A stretch of 64,000 nt of DNA from Octopus sinensis (lineage: Eukaryota). The position numbers and the translations under genes are program-made. The notes beneath the pieces are model-generated. The model saw nothing but the letters and a program-made list of their open reading frames with translations. It made no database searches and had not been told where the DNA came from. Shown piece by piece: positions 55,041 through 64,000 of the stretch; position 1 is the stretch's first letter; every line of letters starts with the position of its first letter. The stretch covers positions 56,792,001-56,856,000 of the forward strand of contig NC_043001.1 of assembly GCF_006345805.1 (NCBI RefSeq), given 5' to 3'.

Positions 55041-55310
55041 CTATTATAATAAGGATTGTTTCTTTTTTTAGGCTCCACATTCGGGTTATTTCCAGATATT
55101 TGTATTTTAAGTTTTTCCGTTTGATTGTCATCTGTTGGAATTAATACGTCAAATAAAAGGCATTTTCCCTTGATGATTTTTGACAACCATATCCGATCTA
55201 TTAACTTTGATCTCTCTAACTGTGTATATTGGCACATCCCATAGTATGGTTGCTTTGTCATTTTCTGAGGATGCCTATACACTCTTTTTACTGTCGTCAA
55301 TCCATAGTGC
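55033..55310 (-). mobile_element. LINE fragment with restriction-like (PD-D/ExK) endonuclease, R4/NeSL/CRE type
   Basis: DKATILWDVPIYTVREIKVNRSDMVVKN..KCLLFDVLIPTDDN..EK..YKYLEITRMW..IIIGSL across frameshifts (cf. WD..I.TD....NRPD). Confidence 0.85.
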
Positions 55311-55398
55311 TGGTACAGCTTCCAGTGTATATAAGTCCCATTTATTATTGTTGCTATTATTATTGTGGTTATTGTTGTTGTTGCTGTTGTTCTTGTTC

Positions 55399-55535
55399 AG
55401 GCGGCGAACTGGCAAAACGCCGGCGAGGTCGAATTTGGGGTCGATAAAGTAAGTACGGGTTGAACACTGGGGTGGATTTAATCACCTAATCTACTCCCCC
55501 GAAACTGCGGGTCTTGTGCCAAAATTAGAAATCAT
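55399..55535 (+). mobile_element. SINE family C, internally deleted
   Basis: Head aggcggcgaactggca; ggggtcgataaagtaagtac; tail tcttgtgccaaaattagaaa. Confidence 0.8.
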
Positions 55536-55698
55536 TATTATTATTACTGTTGTTGTTGGTGTTGTTGTCCTTCTTCTCCTTGTTGTTGTTGTTTTTTGTT
55601 CTTGTTCTTGTTCTTGTTGTTGTTGTTGTTGTTCTTCTTCTTCTTCTTCTCCTCCTCCTTCTTCTTCTTCTTCTTCTCTTCTTCTTCTTCTTCTTCTT

Positions 55699-55729
<31 letters not shown>

Positions 55730-56518
55730 TTATTATTATTATTTGATATGTAACTTACACAATTAGGAATTTAGTATTCCCCCAAACTATTTTACTAGCA
55801 CTAATCTAAATGTTCTTTAACTGCTTGACGACCTGTCTGATATCTTATTTATTTCAAGATTCCTAATTTCCCACGCTTTTTCATTCACAATATTGTTTAT
55901 TTTTTTGTTCAGTGATTCTTCTATGTATACTTAAATTTGTGCCGTGAAATTTATGCCGTGAGGTCGATGTATTACATACCAACCTGCCCAAAATTGTTGG
56001 TCTTGTGCCAAAATTAGAAAGCAATATTTAATAAAACCCCACAAATTCCTATGATGTATACATAAAGTGTAAGTAAATCTGAAGTTACAAGGACTTCTAG
56101 AAGTCTACTCATATATTCTCACAACTTGTATTTTAGTTACTAATAAATATAACATTACAAATATTTCAAAGCCTCAGAATATTTACTAAAAGCATAACCG
56201 AACCTGGAATTAATAAGACTTGTAGAATATTAGCAATTCGCAAAGCTTCAACATGCCTAATAGAGTGACAAAGTTTTGCTGTTACATATACGACCGTTCC
56301 TGTATCGCATTTACCTCAATACAGACGATAAATTATAAACTAATACATATGCAGAAAAGTATACGAAAGATAGAGGGTAATCATTTTAACAAGAAGTTAC
56401 CGATGGCGGCTAGGCTGGACTGATTTTTCTTCCTTGCTGGATAAGTAATGCTTCTTGAGATACAAGAAACAATGACACGATTATGACAACAATAATTACC
56501 ATACTAAACTAAACTAAC

Positions 56519-56611
56519 TCTTCATATGCTTGTACGCCCATTCCATAGAAAATCAGAGGCCAGCAAAGGCCATTTCTTCGACTAGAGGGCAAACTACCAT
56601 TCATATATGAA
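56519..56611 (-). pseudogene. CFAP54-like exon (intact frame)
   Basis: Acceptor gtgtcag, donor gttagt; 93 bp, phase 2 to 2. Reads SYMNGSLPSSRRNGLCWPLIFYGMGVQAYE (cf. recalled ANSQRSLQAQALHELGNL). Confidence 0.4.
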
Positions 56612-56703
56612 CTGACACACTCAAATTCACTCACATACACACACACACACACACACACGCCACGCAAACATACACGCACCCCCACCCCATATATATATAT
56701 ATG

Positions 56704-56735
<32 letters not shown>

Positions 56736-56744
56736 TATACACAT

Positions 56745-56776
<32 letters not shown>

Positions 56777-57008
56777 CATATATATATGTATATATATATA
56801 AACACACATACATACATACACACACGCACCATATATATACCCACACATAGACACAGATAATACGAGACACTTACTAACAAGGCTATTTATTCCGATAAGA
56901 TTTCATGGTTACAAAGGCATCTTTAGATCAGTCTCATTTTCCTCCCCGAGCCCCGTACTTCAAATCACCTCCACCGCCGCCGCCACCACCACCACTACCA
57001 CCACCACA

Positions 57009-57042
<34 letters not shown>

Positions 57043-58062
57043 TAGCCGTCGCCGCTACATACACAGCTGTTATACCATGTTTCTTTAAGGCAGTTTGTCT
57101 TGTTGAGTCATTAAGAGTTATGGAGACATGCCTCTCAAATCCAACAATAAAAATCTGAAGAAAAGGAAAGAAAGCCATCATCACCATCATCTTCATCATC
57201 ATCATTATTGTGGTTGTTGATGTTGCTGCTGATGCTGCTAAAAGGAAGAAAAGAAGAAAAGAAAAAGAGAAGGTAAAATAACGAGAGGCAGAAAAAATGG
57301 CGGAGGAGGAGATGCAAAAGAAGAAAATGAAGAAATTGAAGGAGGAGGAGGATAAGAAGGAGGAGGAGGAGGGAAAGTGAAGAAAACGATATTGATGTTG
57401 ATGATGACAACGATGACTATGATAATAATGATGACAAAGATATTGAACACCTCCACCACCACCACAACCAACAACAACGACAACGAGAGCAAGAATAGAT
57501 TTACTTACAGTTTCTCTAGATTCAAGGCATTTATTCTATCTTTACATACACACACATAAACACACATACGCACGCGCGCGCGCACACACACACACGCACA
57601 CACATCTACCTTAAAACTCCCAGCCCCAGTCATTAGATCCTAATTTCTCCAAAAGCCCTTTCTCCAGATACTTTTATGGTTGAACAATGTCAGCACCCCA
57701 TTGCTTGACAGGGGGCTATTGTGTAAAAGTGATGAATGCTGCTGCATTGTATTTACTGTAGTAGTAGTAGTAGGTGTAGTAGTAGCTGTTGTTGTTGGGG
57801 TTGTTGCTTGTGTTAGTGCAGTTGCAGTTATTTCTCTTATTTTTATTGTTGTTTGAATGTTGAAAAGAGCAAAGGTATGAGGTGTATGCATGTGTATGGT
57901 GTGTCGTGGTGTCTATATGTGGTGTCCGTCCGTGTGTTTGCTTGTCCCTCTTTCAATGTGTCTGGATCCCCATATACATATAAATGTGGGAGCGTGTGTG
58001 TGTGTGTGTGTGTTCTGATTGCTTATATGCATTTGTGGGTGTATATGTGTGTGTGTATGTAT

Positions 58063-58129
<67 letters not shown>

Positions 58130-58429
58130 CATATATACACTCACACACATATATTTACACACAAACAACTAGAACATACGTACACTCACCCGCGTGTATA
58201 TATGTATATGGAGACACAGACATACATTTATATACATAAATTTGTTTGCTTTCGTATGTCTCTCAACTTAAATATATGTATGTGTGTATGTAAGTTTATA
58301 TATATATGTGTGTGTGTGTATAAATATGTACATATATGTATATGTATATATATATATGTATATAATATATATATATATATATATTTATATACCTACATAT
58401 ATATATATACATATATATGTATATATATG

Positions 58430-58487
<58 letters not shown>

Positions 58488-58966
58488 CACACAGAGAATG
58501 AAAGGGGGAGAGAAAAGCATATATATATGGATACATACATACGTTTATATATAAATCCATGTGCTTGTGAATGTGTGTGGAGAACAATGTTTGAAACTGC
58601 AAATTGACAAATATGACAGAGTGTATTGGCATTGTTGAAGAAATGCTTTAAGAAGGAGAATAGGGAATCAGAGAGGGAACGACGGAAAGCTGAATGGGAA
58701 AGCGGGGTGTGTGGGATTAAAACGTACGAAAGCGAAAAGACTGCGGAGCGAGGGGAGAGGAATGTAAGGGAAACAACGCAAAGTGGAGTACAGTAGAGAA
58801 CACTAATACCTTTGTACATACACCCCACGTATAAATATACATATATACACACATACGCACATATACGTATGCACGCACATGCATATCCATGTAGGTACAT
58901 CTCTGAACTTCTCTCTCTCTCTCTCTGAATATTTATTTATATTTAGAGATATCGAAATGCCTAGCT

Positions 58967-59090
58967 CCCTTGCTGTATGTTCTGGGTTCACTCTTACTGC
59001 GTGGCACCTTGGGCAAGTGTCTTTTACTACAGCCTGGGACCGATCAAAGATCTGTGAGTAAGTTTGGTACACGGAAACTGTACGCGCGCG
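58967..59090 (+). mobile_element. SINE family A, 5-prime part
   Basis: gggttcactcttactgcgtggcaccttgggcaagtgtc..tgtgagtaagtttggtacacggaaactg, then dissolves into microsatellite. Confidence 0.8.
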
Positions 59091-59246
59091 CATATATATG
59101 TGCGTATATATATTTGCATGTATGTATGTATGTATGTATGTATGTATGTATGTATGTATGTATGTATGTAGTATGTATGTATGTATGTATGTATGTATGT
59201 ATGTATGTATGTGTACATGTATGTATATATATAAGTATATATAATG

Positions 59247-59283
<37 letters not shown>

Positions 59284-59304
59284 ATATATATATATATATA
59301 TATA

Positions 59305-59342
<38 letters not shown>

Positions 59343-59383
59343 TATATATATATATATTATATATAATATATATATATATATAT

Positions 59384-59627
59384 CAGTTGATTAAAGTTAC
59401 AGCATGGTCTGGTTTTCACGTTTTTATTCTTCAAGAACTCAACTGTCAGTCAATACATTTTGAAATTTGATGATTACTACGAACATATGAAAGCGCTAAT
59501 TGAAGTTTATGAACATTACGAAATATTTTGTTAATGCTTAACACACATCAATATTGTAATTTTTTTTTCTAAATACAATAATCAAAAAAACCTGAAAACC
59601 AGACCATGTTGTAACTTTATTCAGCTC
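59384..59627. mobile_element. MITE, 244 bp, about 42-bp terminal inverted repeats, in (TA)n
   Basis: cagttgattaaagttacagcatggtctggttttcacgttttt versus the reverse complement of aaaaacctgaaaaccagaccatgttgtaactttattcagctc; atat on both flanks. Confidence 0.9.
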
Positions 59628-59689
59628 ATATATTATTCTTTACACATATACACAAATTCGGAAATATATATATATATATATATATATAT

Positions 59690-59742
<53 letters not shown>

Positions 59743-59836
59743 ATCCAAACAAGAAACCACAAAGAAACACAACAACGCGAGGACGTGGAACAAATATAGT
59801 ATTATTGGACGCTCAGGAAAGAAGGAAAGAAGGAGG

Positions 59837-59871
59837 GTTTAACGTTTCGAGCGGAGCTCTTCGTCGGAAAC
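59837..59871 (-). ncRNA. Minimal type I hammerhead-ribozyme-like motif in a short repeat element (about 59739-59965)
   Basis: Minus strand: guuu-CCGACGA-A-gagc(ucc)gcuc-GAAACGU-U-aaac. Stems I and II pair; helix III is the ACGU palindrome. Core variant CCGA instead of CUGA. Confidence 0.6.
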
Positions 59872-60047
59872 ATAGGAGAAGGAAAGATCCAGAGAAGGGA
59901 AGACAGAGGAAAAAAATCGCCAACGGTACATACGAGGTCACATTTTGAAAGACCGGAAGGAAAAGGATATATACATATCTCAGAATTTTAATTGATTTGC
60001 TTTTCGCGGGAAGGAATTTTTCTTCGAAGTATACGTCTCGCTTTTAT

Positions 60048-60094
60048 CCTTCGAAACGTTTAGTAGATGAAATCTTAGCGACTGAAGAAGGGGG
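60048..60094 (+). ncRNA. Type II-topology hammerhead-like motif, copy 1
   Basis: ccuuc-GAAACGU-U-uaguagau(gaa)aucuuagcga-CUGAAGA-A-ggggg. Stem I imperfect; stem II uses G-U pairs. Confidence 0.45.
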
Positions 60095-60917
60095 TTTTTT
60101 TCGTTGTGCTTATTGTCCTGTATCTCTCCCTTTTTTTTGCTTGTCTTGTTCCTTGGTTTGTGTCTATGTGTTTCGTCTCTCTATGTGTTCGACGTCTTTT
60201 TGGTGTCCTGTACACATATATGCGTGTATATGTACATGTAGAGGTAGGTACGTACATATATGTTTATATATATGCATATATTCTATTTTATTAACATATT
60301 ATACGATTAAACGCACGCACCCTACTAAGTAGATTGTTCTGTTTATCAAGTTAGCCTTGATATTAACTCTCACGCGACTCTGCATCTTTCTTTCTTTCTC
60401 TCCCATTCCCTTTTTCGTCTTTTTTTCCCTCACTTAACTTGTCTCTTCCTCTCTCTCTCATTCTTCATTCTCTCTCTCCCTTTCACCATTCTTCATGGTC
60501 TCCTCGCACCATTCCCCTTCTTCTCTCTCTCTTCCTCTTGCTCCTCCTCCCCCATTCCCGTCATCCATCTGCGACGATACTTCCGTCGTAACTGCTATCC
60601 TGTCTTTTCTCTCCCGCCTTGCAAGGCTTCTGGTTGACAAAATTTCCCTCTCTGTCTTCCACGATAATCCAGCGTTTACAATACTTTTTTCGTCTGGCGT
60701 TAACAGCCCTTCTTATCTTGTTCTCCTTGTCTTGTCTCTCACTGTTATATATTTATTTTTCCACTGTTTATATATATATTTTTTACTGTTTATATGTTTG
60801 TACTGTCGTTACCGTCTTGCCTTTTTTTTTACCCCTCTGCGAAAAGATCTCAGAATTTTAATTGATTTGCTTTTCGCGGGAAGGAATTTTTCTTCGAAGT
60901 ATACGTCTCGCTTTTAT

Positions 60918-60964
60918 CCTTCGAAACGTTTAGTAGATGAAATCTTAGCGACTGAAGAAGGGGG
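60918..60964 (+). ncRNA. Type II-topology hammerhead-like motif, copy 2
   Basis: Identical to 60048-60094. Confidence 0.45.
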
Positions 60965-61160
60965 TTTTTTCGTTGTGCTTATTGTCCTGTATCTCTCCCT
61001 TTTTTTTGCTTGTCTTGTTCCTTGGTTTGTGTCTATGTGTTTCGTCTCTCTATGTGTTCGACGTCTTTTTGGTGTCCTGTACACATATATGCGTGTATAT
61101 GTACATGTAGAGGTAGGTACGTACATATATGTTTATATATATGCATATATTCTATTTTAT

Positions 61161-61209
<49 letters not shown>

Positions 61210-61265
61210 TATATATAAGTATATGAAAGAATGAGTTGAACGACTAGTTAGCAAATATCCTTTAT

Positions 61266-61344
61266 TCTCGACATATGATTCGAAGGCTGCATATTCCTAA
61301 TTCCGAAGGAATAAGGAGTACATTATGCAGATTTCTCATCAGGA
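61266..61344 (-). ncRNA. Type I hammerhead-like motif with long helix II and one core substitution
   Basis: Minus strand: uc-CUGAUGA-gaaaucugcaua..uuccuucggaa..uaugcagccuuc-GAAU-cauaugUC-gaga (GAAA changed to GAAU). Confidence 0.6.
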
Positions 61345-62376
61345 AAATCAAGGAACTTATGTCGACATCAAAATGCACAAAGAACTTTTAGCTGACCGCT
61401 CTCAAGGAGCCCATGGTGATAATGAGTGTCTCTTTATAATGAGTGACGTCAGAGTGGCTGAATGTAGAAGAATCTAGAAGTTTCTAAAGGTTCAAGAGTT
61501 CAAACGAAGTAGGAGGAGGGAGGCATAAGAATAGTAAGGTGAGAGAGTGCAGGTCAAAAGAACGGTGGGTTTAAATGATTTCTTTTGTGAATGAGTGCCT
61601 GTGTATGTGACTGTATATAACTGTCTTAATGTGCGTATGTGTGTGTCTGAATGCGTGATTGTGTTTGTGGATGGGTAGATGTCAGAAAACTGACAGCTGT
61701 GAGGTGAAAGATCTGTGTCTGTGTGTTCGATTATGTTTACTGTAGAGAAAGAAAAGTAGATAGCGAAAGGGAGTGTGTGTGTGTATACATATACATACAT
61801 ATATGTATATCTATCTGATCTATCTTATATATCTACCTATCCGTCTATCTGTATATGTGTATGTGTCCACGCTATGGATTCCTTTAGAAAGCAATCAATT
61901 TCTACCTTCAACTCTATCGATACCAGCCAAACTCAAGCTGTCATTGTAGCTGTTTTCATAGATCTCAAAAAGTAATTCATGTAAGACCATCCACAAGACT
62001 AATGAGAACCTTAAATATATTAATAAACACTCCTTTCAGCCATTTATTGTATTTCAAAACTTAATTTCAAATATTAGCCGTACGATCAATGCCTTTCTCC
62101 TCTAAAGAAGTATTTGGAAAGGCTGCCACATATTATAATAAGGCCCGCAGGATAGCAGATTTACTGATAAAATCTACTACACCCCCTACCTCCTCTATCA
62201 TTTAATCATAGGTATAGATCTCGGAAAGTTTTATCATTGCCCACCACTTTCTTGCTTAATGTTAGAACAAATATTGGTGGAAGATTCTTGTAGTTTTCAA
62301 ATATCACCTTCCTTAGAACTCACAAATACAATAAAATCGTTGACACACGTTACAAGTTATCTTTTTTTGTCCCCTA

Positions 62377-62407
<31 letters not shown>

Positions 62408-62879
62408 TTTCTATCTATCATCTCTCTCTATTTATCTATCTCTCTGGCTATCTGTGTGTGTGTGTCCACGTTATGGATTCCTGTATAAAGCCATTAATTT
62501 CTACCTTTAACTCTAGGATATCAATAATCAACGGACGACTTAAACCTGCCTCGGATGCACATATAGAGATAAATCTAAATGTACTTTAGGAGAGGAGTGC
62601 GATATATCTTCCGTTGTTTATGAAGTACATATTTCAGGAAACTACGACAATGGTCGTACAAATATCATATGTTATATCGGAGCAGTATAAAGGAAATTTA
62701 AATATAGATATCGAATTTTAGGTGAGACATTCAACATTCATTTCGACTTTAATCTGCAAACGAAGGCACCAGTTTCGACATCAAAGAGAGAATCCTTTCC
62801 AAATTCAGACCTTTTATTAACGGGCCCAAAAAATGTTCAGGGAGTTCTCTTGAAAAACTGTATTCTTTAAAAAAACTAG

Positions 62880-63135
62880 AGGGACTGGCTGTGTGATAAG
62901 TAGGTTGCTTACCAACCACGTGGTTCCGGGTTCAGTCCCACAGGGTGGCACCTTGGGCAAGTGTCTTCTACTATAGTCTCGGGCCAACCAAAGCCTTGTG
63001 AGTGGATTTGGTAGACGGAAACTGAAAGTAGCTATTCGTATATATGTATATATATGTATGTATGTGTGTGTATATGTTTGTGTGTCTGTGTTTGTCCCCT
63101 CAACATCGCTTGACAACCGATGGTGGTGTGTTTAC
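62880..63135 (+). mobile_element. SINE family A, 3-prime truncated
   Basis: Head and internal microsatellite present; stops at ggtgtgtttac. Confidence 0.9.
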
Positions 63136-63317
63136 TTTTCCGTATGCTTGACATCGAGTAGTTTTAGCATTGGTCATCTCCACCCGTATTTCGTTTACAC
63201 TCTTCTTTACCAACGTCTCTTGTTGAAACCTTATCTGCTCAAAAGACAATTAACAAAAGATCTTTTCAGCTCGATAAATGACGGAATAAATTATTTCCAC
63301 CAGGAAACCCTGGATAA
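63136..63317 (-). pseudogene. CFAP54-like exon, disrupted and abutting a SINE
   Basis: Acceptor tcttgtaaatacag. Reads FLVEIIYSVIYRAEKIFC*..KTTRCQAYGK (cf. recalled EQVTPLLVYAQRQLL..KITCRNFIGK). Confidence 0.35.
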
Positions 63318-63449
63318 CTGTATTTACAAGACTCATGTTTTTATATTATGAGATTATCTGTACTCTCTTAGCTGATCGGGTGCTTTGCTACGTGTTGGAG
63401 CATTAAGACACGATGTGTGTGCATAAAAGAATATATATATATATATATG

Positions 63450-63872
63450 TTATCCGTAATAATGAAGGGTGAAATTAATTAATTTGGAAAAATTATCAAT
63501 TACACCAAGTAGTCTTCGGCATGTAAAAGCCTCATTCGAGGAAAATTAAGTAATACTAAGCAATAAGGGTTTAGCAACGAGTTGCCTTACCACATACCGA
63601 ATTTAGAAATAGCAGTCAAGGGTTATAGCTATTTCTTCTACTAAAAAGGGAGATCTCAGTAAAAACAGCATTTGGAAGGCAGACACAAACAGGTAAGAGA
63701 GAATGAATTGACTGCAATCTATCATACATTTTTTTAGTTATCCACGGACGTACGTTTCGAAATCAAGTTTTTAGGAAAGCATAAGAATTAAATATTAAAT
63801 ATTAAATAATTCTATCTTACCGAACTTCTTTTCTCTTCAGCGTAGAATACTATAATCATAAATGATTATATA
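63450..63872 (-). mobile_element. Penelope-type terminal-repeat-like element next to (TA)n, carrying a hammerhead motif
   Basis: Begins right after a (TA)n tract; non-coding; contains the motif at 63748-63843. Confidence 0.55.
63748..63843 (-). ncRNA. Type I hammerhead-like motif with intact core and extended helix II
   Basis: Minus strand: acg-CUGAAGA-gaaaagaaguu..uagaauua..uaauucu..aacuugauuuc-GAAACGU-A-cgu. Stem I acg/cgu; long imperfect stem II. Confidence 0.65.
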
Positions 63873-64000
63873 TTGAATTTTGAGATACCAGAAGGCACCA
63901 ACTCAACTCAGTATCAGAGCGAGCTAGAATCCGCAACTGGTATCACCGAATTCAATTTGTTGAAATGAAACGATTGTGTCAACAGCCCCTTCCCACCCGC

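Larger units (their letters stand above)
59977..61162 (+). mobile_element. Non-coding element with 317-bp direct terminal repeats (59977-60293 and 60847-61162), retrozyme- or Penelope-pLTR-like
   Basis: Repeats identical by eye except one T in a homopolymer; period 870 bp; pyrimidine-rich interior; (TA)n on both sides; hammerhead-like core in each repeat. Confidence 0.8.

Noticed and set aside
60495-61226. 243-aa ORF as a protein encoded by the direct-repeat element
   Set aside because: Low-complexity CT-rich sequence that lacks stops by composition; runs into microsatellite; no RT or endonuclease motifs.

Overview
Eukaryotic, very AT-rich, microsatellite-saturated DNA. Its repeat content looks like an octopus (coleoid cephalopod) genome; this is inferred from the repeat style and not verified. 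I see no intact protein-coding gene, rRNA, genuine tRNA or CRISPR array, and almost every ORF in the supplied track is a microsatellite or SINE artefact. The window contains: (1) about 20 copies of three tRNA-headed SINE families, several with target-site duplications and one nested in another; (2) a full-length but decayed mariner transposon at 42131-43401; (3) decayed LINE and Penelope fragments (CR1/L2-group RT, L1/Tx1-like, REL-endonuclease type, GIY-YIG); (4) a MITE and a hAT-like end; (5) a chain of about 13 minus-strand exon-like segments with GT-AG borders whose translations are collinear with the C-terminal half of CFAP54 as I recall it, many carrying stops or frameshifts, i.e. a probable decayed CFAP54-like gene spanning the window; (6) five hammerhead-ribozyme-like motifs at 59.8-63.9 kb, two of them inside the 317-bp direct terminal repeats of a 1.19-kb non-coding, retrozyme-like element. 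All protein-family matches were made by eye from remembered motifs and need database confirmation.
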